From Gemmatimonadales bacterium (GTDB taxonomy: Bacteria > Gemmatimonadota > Gemmatimonadetes > Gemmatimonadales > GWC2-71-9): 64,000 nt of DNA. The notes under the pieces were generated by a model. The model had not been told where the DNA came from and did not search any database. It saw nothing but the letters and a program-made list of their open reading frames with translations. This document shows, one piece after another, positions 50,706 through 61,212 of the stretch. A program made the translations under genes and the position numbers. Location of the stretch: NCBI GenBank assembly GCA_965249575.1, contig OZ252244.1, positions 1,184,001 through 1,248,000 of the forward strand, given 5' to 3'. Position 1 is the first letter of the stretch; every line of letters starts with the position of its first letter.

Positions 50706-52101
50706 TTGCCCGGCTCACCTGCGTCGGCTTCGGTGCCCCGTCGGGCCCATTGTCCCAGTCCTGCGCGGACGAGATGTTGGGCATGCCCCACTGGTGACCG
50801 TTCCAGCCGTCGAAGCCGTCCATCTTGAGTGTCCAGAAGCCCGAGTCAAAATCGCTCACCACGATGAGGCCGTCGGCGTTCCGGATATCGACCCCCCACG
50901 CACCCTCGTACATGCTGTTCCCGCGTCCCGTCGGGCCCATCTCGTAACCGGCGATCGCTTGGCCGCCGAGGTAGGGACCGGGCCGAGTTGAGTAGTAGGC
51001 TACCGTGTACGGATTCGTGGGATCCATCACGTTCACGATGTGGAGGCCGTCGCTCTGCCCGGAGACGAAGATGTACGGCCAGCGGACTTCGAAGTTGTGT
51101 ACTGCTCCTTGCCACGACGGCGTCCAAGCTCCAATGGGGCGCGAGATGGCTCGCGCGTCCCCGTCGAGGCCGGGCTTCAGGTCGAACATCCTCGTGGGTG
51201 AGTATTGATACGTCGGCAGCGGCATGACCATGGCGTATCGGCCGTCGGGAGTCGGCACGAACGTATGCGCGTCGGGCACACCAGCCGCCCCGGAAACGGA
51301 CGTGACGAGTTTCGGATCTTCCGGCCTGGTGATGTCGTAGACATGCGCCCCGCCCGCCCCTCCGCCGTAGAACTTGTCCTGGCGCGTCGCCGGGTCGTAG
51401 CCGACATAGAAGTCGTGGTATCCGTAATTCCCGCGCGCTTGGGGGTTCGGTGGAACCGGAACGCGGCCGATCAACCCGTGCGAGGGATCCCCGCTCAGGA
51501 AGCTCGCAAAATCATAGATATTGGCGTGTGGCCCGTTCGTCGTCGCGAACAAGAGCGGGCGGCCATCGGAGTGTTTGTACGCGTAGATATTGTGGAACCC
51601 GCCCGGGGTATCCGGGGCGCGGATACGCCCAACTTCCCTGACCGAGCTGGTGTCGGGTAGGCCCGTCACGTCAAACACAACCGCGCCGAGGTCGGTATTG
51701 GGCCCGCCCGCGCGGAACTGATAGGATGTGGCGATGTAGTAGCGCCCGCCGTGCTTGATGTATTTGACGTCCAGGCCCCCACCACCCTGGTGAAGGTCAG
51801 GGTTTTCGATGACCCACCGGTACAGGACCTTCGCCTCCCCCGGATCCTTGACACTGATGATCCAGAATCCCGCGTCACTCATGCGGTGCGCGACATAGGC
51901 ATACGGACGCGATAGATCTTGCTCGAGCTCGACGTCAGCGTGGCTGTAGGCCTTGCCCACCAAGGGCAGGTGCGAGAGAATCGTGATATTCGAGCTTCCC
52001 TCCTCACCGGGCTTGGCCCAAGGCGAGTACTCCTGCGCAACCGCGACCTGCGCTATGAGCGCCACAGCGGTCACAAAGCTGATCCCAAGTGTAAAGCGCA
52101 T
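50701..52101 (-). CDS. Secreted LVIVD-like beta-propeller protein, paralog 6 (divergent)
   Basis: AVA-QEYSP signal cleavage; His motifs kept, but ExE replaced by MPLPT. Confidence 0.88.
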   Translation of the reverse strand: MRFTLGISFVTAVALIAQVAVAQEYSPWAKPGEEGSSNITILSHLPLVGKAYSHADVELEQDLSRPYAYVAHRMSDAGFWIISVKDPGEAKVLYRWVIENPDLHQGGGGLDVKYIKHGGRYYIATSYQFRAGGPNTDLGAVVFDVTGLPDTSSVREVGRIRAPDTPGGFHNIYAYKHSDGRPLLFATTNGPHANIYDFASFLSGDPSHGLIGRVPVPPNPQARGNYGYHDFYVGYDPATRQDKFYGGGAGGAHVYDITRPEDPKLVTSVSGAAGVPDAHTFVPTPDGRYAMVMPLPTYQYSPTRMFDLKPGLDGDARAISRPIGAWTPSWQGAVHNFEVRWPYIFVSGQSDGLHIVNVMDPTNPYTVAYYSTRPGPYLGGQAIAGYEMGPTGRGNSMYEGAWGVDIRNADGLIVVSDFDSGFWTLKMDGFDGWNGHQWGMPNISSAQDWDNGPDGAPKPTQVSRAR

Positions 52102-52193
52102 TACTTGATCTCCAGGGCGTTGTGTGACGAACAATGGAACGTCGAGCCCGCTCCGCCCTCCGAGACTCGCATCCCGGACCTGATATCGGTGGA

Positions 52194-54136
52194 TCACCGC
52201 CCCCCGAGCGGCACTCCGGCGACGCTCTCGGCGCCGTCGTCCTTGAGGTACTCGTCGAAGAAGGCCAGCATGTCGAGGAGGAGCTGACGCGTGTTCTCGC
52301 GCCCTCTGATGTAAAACGTCTCACCGTGATACGCCTTGTAGCGGAACACCTTGTAGTGCCGTTCCAGCTCATCGGCAAAATGCTTCATCTGGGGTGATTC
52401 CGGGAACCGCCCCTCTCCATGCACGATGAACGCCGGCGTCATGATGTTCTTCACAGCGAAGAACGGGGAGTTGCGGTGATATACGTCCTCGTTGTCGTCG
52501 AACGGTCCGAACTCGTAAGCAAGCTGCTGAATATGTTGGTACTCCCCATCGTCCATGAACCTGACGCGATTGGGATAGCCCGAAATAGGCACGGCCGCCT
52601 GAAACACGTCAGGCGACCAGGCGATGACGGCGGGTGTCAGAAAACCGCCGTAACTGGTTCCCTCGACGCCGAGCCGGTCGGGATCCACGAACGGAAGAGA
52701 TTTCAGGTATTCCGCACCGGCCACTACGTCTTTGCGGTCGCCGTGTCCCCAGTCTTTGTTGTTCAAGAGTTCGAATTCCCGACCGTACCCGGAGCTGCCG
52801 CGCACGTTGGGAAGGAGCATGACGTAGCCCTGCTGCGTGAAGAACTGTGCGTGCAACGAGTAGCTATCTGCGAAATGCGATGTCGGCCCCCCATGGATGA
52901 GCACGATCGCGGGGAAACGCTCGCCGGCTCGGACGTCGCTGGGTTTGTAGAGATAGGCGTTGATCATCCGCCCATCGAACGTCTCGTAGGTGACTTTTTC
53001 AGGTGTCGCGAGATCCCGCTCGAGGTTGCCTCCTGGCGCCGAGAACGTGAGTTGCCTCGGCGAGGCGCCATCGAGCGAGGCCACGTGCAAGTCGGGGGCC
53101 CGCGTGGGCGTTGCAAGGGTGTAGCTCAGGCGTTTGCTGTCAGGGGCCCAGTCGACGTTGGCCACCACACCCAGGTCGGGACGCACGATCACGCGCGGGT
53201 CGCCGCCGCCGGAGGCAACGACTCGGAGCTCGCGCGTGCCGTTGTGGCTCTCGACGTAAGCTATCCATCGTCCATCCGGGGACCACTGACCCTCGGCCTG
53301 TTCAGCCTGCGCGGGCGCGACTCGCCTTGGTTCACCCCCGGTTAGCGCAACGGCCCAGTAATTCAGCCACCCACTTCGCTGCGACCGGAATAGCACCGCC
53401 CGCCCATCCGGGGAGACCATCGGGTAACCGAACGCGGGCCCCTGGCGGTAGTCGAAGAAGTCCGTGTCGCTCAGCACCAACCGCCGGTTGGAGCCGTCGG
53501 CATCGATCTCGAACACGTCGTGGTCCATCCACCGCTCGTCCAGGCGCACATCCAACACCTTGCGGGCATCGGGCGTCCACGTCGGGAACACCTCGTACCG
53601 CTGATCGGTCGTCAACCGGCTCACCTCGCCGCCCGGTACCGCCACTTTCCAGATGTCGTACCCACCAAACCGTCCGCCGGCGAACGCGATCCACCGGTTG
53701 TCGGTGGACCAGCTCCAGGAGTTGATCCGTCCGCCGAGGCGCGTCAGCTGGATTTCCCTACCCTCGTCGACCGACCAGAGCCACAGCTCGGGCCAGCCCC
53801 CTCGGCTCGAGACGTGCGCGATCCAACGGCCGTCGGGAGACCAAGTAGGGGGCGCCGTGCGCCCCGCCCCAGCCCAAGTGGAGCGACCCGTCTGGGGAAT
53901 CCACCGCCCGAGGCAACAGCCCATAGCTCGCCACCCCCGAGACCACCTGGGAACAAGATCCGCGAGCCATCGGGCGACCACTGCGGCGCTCCGGCCAACA
54001 CGGACCGTACCGACGTTACGCGATCCACCCAAACGCCGGCCGGGAACCGGGCATCCTGCGCTTCCAGGGACGTAAGAGAGCCCAAGCCGGTGCCAACGAA
54101 CGCCGCCACGATCGTCGTGCGAACTGTTGTGCTCAC
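52194..54136 (-). CDS. S9-family peptidase homologue with a TolB-like propeller; frameshift at ~53880
   Basis: WSPDG repeats, IHGGP, NVRGSSGYG, GTSYGG nucleophile elbow. Confidence 0.88.
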
Positions 54137-54349
54137 CGTTTCAGCCCCTTCCAAGAAACGCTCAGTGATTCGCGCACGGCACCGCGCTGGCCTCCCGTGA
54201 TGGGGGCGGTACCGACGGCGCGCACATGTTGCCGGGAAACCAGGCGCCAGAGCACGCCGAAGCCCGCCACGTAATCGGCACGGAGAGGCAATTCAACAGG
54301 GGAAAGATACAGTACGGGACCCGGAGCGGTAACGCGCGGGACCCGGCCG

Positions 54350-54985
54350 TCAGAAGCCGAGTGCGATACCCGTGCGGACCAAGCTAGCCTGTATGGGTAC
54401 GTCGGTGCCGGCGACCTGTCGATCGAGGCGTTGGAATTCGTAGTCCATCTGGAACCGGAAACGCCCGTTGGCGGTGCCGACACCCACTCCGAGCCCGAAC
54501 TCGAACGCCAGATCCGCGTTCCCCCCCCCAACGAAGCGTGCGCCACCGAGATACGCGCCCCTGACCCAAATGCTTGCGATGCGTGCCAGTTGCGTTTCGG
54601 AGAACAGGCCAACGCGGGCGAGACCCACCGCCTGCGCCGCGAACTCGGGGTCGACGTATCGGCGCCCGCCACCGACCTCGATGGCGACCACCGGCGCGAC
54701 CTGGTACCTCAAGCGGACATCGACCTGGGTGAGGTCATAGGGTGTCGACGCGTCGCCCTTTGGATCGAGAGCGGCTCGATACGCACGGCCGTCGAGGTGA
54801 AACCGTCCGACGCGAACTTCCAGCCGCCCACCGGCGCCCGTACCCACGGCCTCCCGTCCCTCGCTCGCTTCGGTGTACGTCATGCCGACTACGTCTACCC
54901 CAACCCGCACATGCTGTGCTCGCAGAGAGGCTGGCGCCAGCCCCGCTACCAAGATGCCCGTGGCGACCAGCGCGGCGCGCGTTAT
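54350..54985 (-). CDS. Outer-membrane beta-barrel protein
   Basis: Alternating amphipathic strands and a terminal Phe. The signal peptide is complete only from ATA 54985. Confidence 0.75.
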   Translation of the reverse strand: MTRAALVATGILVAGLAPASLRAQHVRVGVDVVGMTYTEASEGREAVGTGAGGRLEVRVGRFHLDGRAYRAALDPKGDASTPYDLTQVDVRLRYQVAPVVAIEVGGGRRYVDPEFAAQAVGLARVGLFSETQLARIASIWVRGAYLGGARFVGGGNADLAFEFGLGVGVGTANGRFRFQMDYEFQRLDRQVAGTDVPIQASLVRTGIALGF

Positions 54986-56019
54986 GGTGGTGTCTCCACG
55001 ACCGGCACAATGCTCAGCCGGATCTGCCGGCGGCGTGCAACGTTTTGGTCCGCGATCTGCGCGTTCCGCGCCGCCAACTGTTCCCTGAGTAACTGATTGT
55101 ACAGGATGCCCGACGGAACGGGCCGAGGATCGGGTTTCTTGAGGCTCATGACCAAACCGGTCAGTACCACCGCGAAGCTCACGGCGCCCACTTCCTCGCG
55201 CGAAGCAGATCCGAGCTGAGTGTTTTGGAGCGCCAGCGAGAGTCCGGACGCGAAGGCGGTGTAGAGCGTCGCGATGCCCAAGGGGCGCCAGTTCCGCGGT
55301 GGCCGCTCGACTTCGGGCAGCAGTCGGTAACCCGGCAGCTCGGTCATGTGCTGGGCCGTGTCGACACTGACGTGAGACACGTGAACGATCGCCTGGGTGG
55401 CGTAGCGCTCCCTTCCGGCGGCGGCTTCGATGATGAGCTGATAACGGCCTGGCGGGACCGGTTCACCCAATTCCGTGAGGCCGGACCAATCGATACGCCC
55501 CTCTCCCGCCACCGATTGTGAATCGACCTTCACTTCGGTGTCGGCGCCGACGGCCCGAGCCGTCACGCGCGAGGCGCGGGAGACCTGGAAACGCACCGGC
55601 AGGCTGCCTCGACCCGCCACAAACGAAGCCGAATCGACTCTGACGCGCCTCACCACGAGCACCTGGCCCAACGCGGATCCATAGAGTGAGCTGATGCGGG
55701 GAGACACCCGAACCGGATCGGGCTCGCGATCGGGATCGAGAAAGATGAGCTCCCGAAACGCTGCGACTCCCTGCCGCGTCGAATCCAGGGCACCATATGA
55801 AAAGCCCAGCAGTTCGTAGGCCCGTATTCGCTCGACCCGACCGAGGCGCTCATCGAGCGCGCGACGTGCCACCACGATTGCCCGGCCGTAGTCCAATTCC
55901 GCGTAGGCCTGCTCGGCCTGCCGAAGTGCCGCGCTTCCCTGCGCGAACAGTATCGTAGGCACCGCGAGCATCAGTGCCACGATCAACGTCCGGGTCCGTC
56001 CGGTCACGCCTGTCCGCAT
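54982..56019 (-). CDS. Secreted TPR-like protein with a beta-sandwich domain
   Basis: Signal peptide, AEQAYAELDY...AYELLGFSY helical repeat, VPPGRYQLIIEA (FlgD-Ig-like). Confidence 0.75.
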   Translation of the reverse strand: MRTGVTGRTRTLIVALMLAVPTILFAQGSAALRQAEQAYAELDYGRAIVVARRALDERLGRVERIRAYELLGFSYGALDSTRQGVAAFRELIFLDPDREPDPVRVSPRISSLYGSALGQVLVVRRVRVDSASFVAGRGSLPVRFQVSRASRVTARAVGADTEVKVDSQSVAGEGRIDWSGLTELGEPVPPGRYQLIIEAAAGRERYATQAIVHVSHVSVDTAQHMTELPGYRLLPEVERPPRNWRPLGIATLYTAFASGLSLALQNTQLGSASREEVGAVSFAVVLTGLVMSLKKPDPRPVPSGILYNQLLREQLAARNAQIADQNVARRRQIRLSIVPVVETPP

Positions 56020-56761
56020 ACCAAGATCTTCCTCATGAGTTCGTGATTCCCAGCGGTGATCATCACCGTTTCCTCCACAGTGCTGCACCCCTCCCGCACG
56101 ATACGCACAACGTGCTGGCCCGGTCTGAGGGCGCGCCGGGCGACGGGCGCTGCGTGACCGACTGGACCGCCTTCGAGATACCGAAGTCGGTCAGCATAGT
56201 TCGGCCGTCGTCATCGATCATCAGGTTGGCCGGTTTGAGATCCCGATGGACCACGCCCCGCTGGTGCGCGTGCCCTAATGCCCGCGCCGCCTCCCACAGG
56301 ACGCGCTGACACGTTTCAATCGGCACCGGTCCCTCATCGATGAGGTCCTCAAGCGACTGCCCGGTAACGTATTTCATCACGAAGTAGTTGAGCTCGCGGC
56401 CGCTCTCGACGGCGAAGATGGGCACGATGTTCGGATGGTCCAGCTTGGCAGCGGTGCGCGCCTCGCGTTCGAAGCGGCGCACGAAATTCTCGTCGTGCGA
56501 CAACTCCGGCGGCAACACTTTTATCGCGACCAACCGATCGAGCGGCAGGTCCGTAGCGAGGAACACCGCTCCCATACCGCCGCGCCCCAGCATTTCCCGC
56601 ACCTCGTAGCGATCCTCCAGAACCTGCGCCAGGAGGGCTCGCAGGTTGGGCCCCGTCCCCGACATGCGCGGTCCGGAGCCGGGATCCGAGACGTCGGCTC
56701 CGCAGGTGTTACAGAATCGACTGTCGGCCGGCAGCGGGGTGTTGCAGTGGAGGCAGTTCAT
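56004..56761 (-). pseudogene. Zinc-ribbon Hanks Ser/Thr kinase with an internal deletion to its PEGA tail
   Basis: CxxC/CxxC, LGRGGMG, VAIK, HRDLKPAN, DFG, then similarity ends at ~56150. Another frame gives ALRPGQHVVRIVREGC...V.I.AG. Confidence 0.85.
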
Positions 56762-58299
56762 CGGAGCCGACCGGCACGCAACCAGGTCTCGTCACGCGGT
56801 GGGCGCTCGCTCGTTCGGGGTCGACTCGGGCTTCGCCCCGTGTGTGACGGGACGACGATCCCTGCGGCGGGTGTCAGTTGATACGTCGTCGGAACACCGG
56901 CAAAGTCGACTACCACGAAGAAATAGTCGCCTGCCGCAAGCGTCGATGCGGCGTTCTCCGTGGCTCCCGGGTCCTTGCTTCCCCCCACCACCGGCAACGA
57001 ATCGGGGAGTTCATCACGGAGAATGTAGACGTCGAGATCGGCGGTCGTGTCCCCGGCCACGACCGTGAAGCCGAAGCCCTGGCCGTCCTGTGCGGCGGGA
57101 TCGGTAAACCGAAACCAATCCACGTCGTGCGGATTATCGATGTTGTACCCGCGGGTGCCCGCTGCGAACGAAATGGGTGTCGCCAGATCGCAGAAGTCAT
57201 TTTCCTCGGCAGCGTCCGGGGGCAGGGCCGATCGGTACTCAGGCAAGATGGCGAACTGATAGGCTCCCGGCTTGTCGTAGGCGGCGAGAACGTGATAGCT
57301 CCCCGCCGCGAGTCCTCTCAGCGCAACGACGACCGAGTCGGTTGCCAAAACCTCCGGCGCGAACGGGAATCCGCCGCACGTCTGCAGATCCGAACCGACC
57401 GTCCACGATACCGGGGCGAGCTGGAACTGCCCCTGAACTCCGTCGAACGCGAGTGAGTCGCTGATGAACACCTGGTAGCTCTCGCGATTCGTCGACGACG
57501 ACGAAAGGAAGATCGTCCGGTCGAGGGTGCCCGTGTTGTCAAAGCGGTACCAGTCGGTCCGCGCAATGCTGTCGAGGCGTCCCCTGGCCTCGAAGGCCAG
57601 AGACGGATTGAACATCCCACTCGGCAGGGCGCCGAGGTCTGCCGGCGCAATGTCATTCGGTTCATAGATATCCCGCTGGGCAACGAACGCGGAATCCGGA
57701 CTAATGGCCAATCCCTCGACACCGAGCAATCCGACCCGCGAATTGCGCGGTGCGGGTGGGGGCACCCACACAGTCAGACGCCCAAAGCGATCTGGCTGCG
57801 CGGGGTCGAGCGGCGTGTAGCCCCTGACGATCGCGGGCACTTCACCGAGAGTGACGAGAAAGAGCCCTGTGGGATTGAGGCCCGTCCCGAAGATCTGAAG
57901 GGTGTCTCCGAACCGTGTCAGCTGGGGCCGGATGCTGTCCACTTCGAGCAGGTCGTGGACCCGGGCCGACTGGATCGCCGCTTGGGCGTCGGCGAAATCC
58001 ACGGCGCTTGCGGTGACCGCCGCAACACCCACACCCGTCGCCAGCAGCACTCCGTCAGCGGAAACCGCCGCAACCAGCGGATTGCTCGACTCGAATCTGA
58101 CCTGTGCATTCGGAACCGTCGCGCCACCGGCATCAACCACCCGCCCGCTCAACTGCAGAAACTCACCCTGCAAAAACTCCGGAAACGCGTCGATCTGAAC
58201 GCGAAGCTCGCTCCCGCGTTCCGTCGGGAGGACGCACGCACTAGCGAGTAGCGCTGCGAAGACAGCCCGGCTGCGCCGGGTCTCGGAATGCCAGGTCAT
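56758..58299 (-). CDS. Lipoprotein with an Ig-like (Big_2) domain and PPC-like beta-sandwich domains
   Basis: LASAC lipobox, FESSNP.VA.VS.DG, YEPND/EEND and DVDWFRF motifs. Confidence 0.8.
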   Translation of the reverse strand: MTWHSETRRSRAVFAALLASACVLPTERGSELRVQIDAFPEFLQGEFLQLSGRVVDAGGATVPNAQVRFESSNPLVAAVSADGVLLATGVGVAAVTASAVDFADAQAAIQSARVHDLLEVDSIRPQLTRFGDTLQIFGTGLNPTGLFLVTLGEVPAIVRGYTPLDPAQPDRFGRLTVWVPPPAPRNSRVGLLGVEGLAISPDSAFVAQRDIYEPNDIAPADLGALPSGMFNPSLAFEARGRLDSIARTDWYRFDNTGTLDRTIFLSSSSTNRESYQVFISDSLAFDGVQGQFQLAPVSWTVGSDLQTCGGFPFAPEVLATDSVVVALRGLAAGSYHVLAAYDKPGAYQFAILPEYRSALPPDAAEENDFCDLATPISFAAGTRGYNIDNPHDVDWFRFTDPAAQDGQGFGFTVVAGDTTADLDVYILRDELPDSLPVVGGSKDPGATENAASTLAAGDYFFVVVDFAGVPTTYQLTPAAGIVVPSHTGRSPSRPRTSERPPRDETWLRAGRLR

Positions 58300-58475
58300 G
58301 CTCGGGGCCAACCGGTACGATGGGTGGTTCGCGGTGCGGAAGTCAAGCATGCAGTGTGACCCACATCACAAAGCCGGGCCGGCGCGTAACGAAAAGCGGA
58401 ATCCCAACTTACAGGGTCGGGCCAAGCCCGATAACGGGGGCCGCCCGAGCCGACCCGTTCGCCTTCCGCCCGTCC

Positions 58476-59876
58476 TCAGCTCACCCTGCCGGGACCCGAA
58501 GCTCCCGCGGGCCCGCGCTCCCAGTCCTGCGCGCTGGACACGTTCGGCATGCCCCACTGGTGCCCTGTCCAACCGTCGAAGCCGTCCAGCCGAAAGGTCC
58601 AGAACCCGGTAGTGATGTCGCTCATTGCGATCAGTCCGTCGGCGTTCCGTACGTCGACACCAAACGCCCCGTTGTAGACACCCCTGGTGGCATCGGGATC
58701 GTCGAAGGGGGGCCAAAACGTCGTGGGTGGAACGGATAGCTTCCCATCCGGCCCCTCCCACGTGTCGTAGTATGCTACGCTGTGCGGGCTCGTTGGATCC
58801 ATGACATTCACGACATGCAGCCCGTCCTGATAAGCACTCACGAAGACGTAGGGCCAACGCACTTCGGTGTTGTGGGGCAGATTCTTCCAGGAGTGTGTCC
58901 ACGCGCCAATGGGTCGGGAGATGGTCCTCACCGAGCCGGACCGCTGTCCGGAACCCAGATCGAAGAAATAGAGCGGCGCGTACTGGTGCTCGGTCTCGCC
59001 CACGCCGTAGCGGCCGTCAGGACTCGGCGTAAAGGTGTGTCCCCGAGTCACGCCGGGCACGCCCGAGATCACGGTGAGGAGTTGGGGGTCCTCCGGCGCG
59101 GTTACATCGTAGATGTAGTACCCCTCTCCCCGAGCCCCGTAGAACCTGTCACTCCGCGAAGCCGGATCGTAGCCAACGTAAAAATCGTGATATCCACCTT
59201 GGACCGCCGAGGCGTCCGCGGCGGGAACCGGCATGTGACCGATAAGCCCTAGCTGAGGATCGCCAGCAAGCAGACGCTGCATGTCGTACACGTTGGCGAA
59301 CGATCCGGTAACGAGTGGGCGGCTGCCCGTAGTGGCGTAGAGGAGAACGCGGCCGCTCGAGTGCTTATAGGCGAACACGTCATGGAACCCTCCGGGAACG
59401 TCGGGTGCGCGTATGCGTGCCACCTCCGCAATCGTGGCCGTGTCAGGCAACCCGGTCACGTCGAAAACGATTGCACCCAGGTCGGCGTCCGGTCCACCCA
59501 GCCGAAACTGAAACGACTGCACGTCGTAGTATCGGCCTCCCAACTTGAAATACTTATTGTCCATGCCGCCCGGGCCTTCATGGAGCTCCGGATCTTCGGT
59601 GCGCCACTCGTACGAGACGCGAACGTTCCTCGGGTCCCGCAGATCGACGATCGTGAATCCAGCGGAGTAGGTGCTTCCGTGCATGCGCGAAACGTACGCA
59701 TAGGGCCGAGCGAGCTCCTGCTCGATCTCCAGATCCGCGACGGTGAACATCCGCCCGATCGGAAGGTGAGAGAGGACGTGGAGGTTCTGGCTGCTCTGCT
59801 GGCCCGGCGGGTATTGCGCGCTTATTGGCGCCGCCAGCGTCATACAGGCGAGGACGCTTGAAGCGATTCGATTCAT
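58476..59876 (-). CDS. Secreted LVIVD-like beta-propeller protein, paralog 7
   Basis: ISA-QYPPGQQS; motifs GFHD, YHD, GHTF, ETEH, HNTE. Confidence 0.88.
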   Translation of the reverse strand: MNRIASSVLACMTLAAPISAQYPPGQQSSQNLHVLSHLPIGRMFTVADLEIEQELARPYAYVSRMHGSTYSAGFTIVDLRDPRNVRVSYEWRTEDPELHEGPGGMDNKYFKLGGRYYDVQSFQFRLGGPDADLGAIVFDVTGLPDTATIAEVARIRAPDVPGGFHDVFAYKHSSGRVLLYATTGSRPLVTGSFANVYDMQRLLAGDPQLGLIGHMPVPAADASAVQGGYHDFYVGYDPASRSDRFYGARGEGYYIYDVTAPEDPQLLTVISGVPGVTRGHTFTPSPDGRYGVGETEHQYAPLYFFDLGSGQRSGSVRTISRPIGAWTHSWKNLPHNTEVRWPYVFVSAYQDGLHVVNVMDPTSPHSVAYYDTWEGPDGKLSVPPTTFWPPFDDPDATRGVYNGAFGVDVRNADGLIAMSDITTGFWTFRLDGFDGWTGHQWGMPNVSSAQDWERGPAGASGPGRVS

Positions 59877-59919
59877 CGTCGCACCGCCTCACGCCGTTTC
59901 GAGGGACCGCGCTTCGGGG

Positions 59920-60915
59920 CTAGTCCCACATCTGGGCGCTCGAGATGTCCGGGAGGTTCCAGTCGGAGCCATTCCACCCGTTGAAGCCGTTCAGCCGGAA
60001 CACCCAGAACCCGGTCCCGCTGTCACTGACGACGATGAGACCGTCCGCATTCCGAACGTCCAGCTCGAAAGCCCCGCTGAATACCGACGTGCCCGGCTGT
60101 ACGAGCTGCCCAGACGATCCCGTCTGGTGAAGACACCGGCATGTGTGGTGCCAACCGACCGTCGTCGGAGTCGTCGGATTGCTGACGTCGATGATCTGCA
60201 GGCCATCCTCGTAGGCCGCGAGGAAAACGTACGGCCAGCGGACTTCATGGTTGTGTGAGAGATCCTGCCAGTCCGCCGTCCATGACCCAATGGGCCGCCG
60301 AATCGTGGCGACTTCTCCACGGAGGCCTGGCTCCACGTCGAAGATCATCGTGGGAGAGAACTGATACTCCATCTGGGTGACGACATACCGATGATCCGGA
60401 GAGGGGATGATCGTGTGACCGCCATTGACGCCGGCGATGCCGGTAATCGAAGTGAGGAGCCTCGGCTCCGAAGGACGGCTGAAGTCGAACACATAGAAGC
60501 CGCCTGCGCCCGCACCGTATAGTCGATCCTGTCCCGACGCGGGGTCGTAGGCGACGAAGATGTCATGGTACCCGCGGGGTTGCCTGAGAGGCGTGTCAGG
60601 GACGGGGAGGCGAGCGATCAGGCCGTGGTCCGGAGCCCCGGCGAGGAACTGCTCCATGTCGTACACGCTTGCATGTGGTGGGGTGCCCGCCGGGAACCGG
60701 GCATTCGTTCCGAACAGCAGGACCCGCCCGTCCGAGTGCTTGTACGCGAACACCGAGACGAAACCGCCCAACGGATAGGGGGTACGGATGCTCCCGACCT
60801 CCCGGACGGCGTCCGGATCGGGCAGTCCCGTTACGTCGAAGACGACGGCGCTGACGTCTCCCTGCACCTGGTCCCGTGCGAAAGAGAATCCCCTCGCGTA
60901 GTAGTAGCGCGCTGG
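59920..60915 (-). pseudogene. LVIVD-like paralog 8, 5'-truncated
   Basis: Similarity begins abruptly at RYYYARGFSF. No signal peptide or first blades; an in-frame stop lies just upstream. Confidence 0.8.
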
Positions 60916-61212
60916 GCTCGTCCGGTGAGTCGCGACTCGCCAGGCGTCGTCGTGAAGACCCGGTTCCGACTACTCCGATGATCAAATGTGGGTTTCGGGA
61001 AGGGGGCAAGCAAGGAAACCACACCACCCACCCTCGGGGGAGGGGCGGTGCCCCATCTACCAGGGTTCTTGACGGTCTCCTCACCTGACCGTAGCGTCTA
61101 CCGGAGGCGGGGCTGCGGCAGTGCCGAACGCCACCTGTCAGGCCTGCGTGGACAAAAAAGGTGCTACCTTAGCACTGAAGGGCCCGAGCCTCGGCGAACC
61201 CCGGAGGTGACA

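Noticed and set aside
34980..60915. Diversity-generating retroelement or cassette switching behind the repeated paralog ends
   Set aside because: No reverse transcriptase or recombinase is present. Differences look largely synonymous rather than adenine-specific, which fits protein-level conservation.
61161..61178. CIRCE element
   Set aside because: Arm order and spacing do not match TTAGCACTC-N9-GAGTGCTAA, and no chaperone gene follows.
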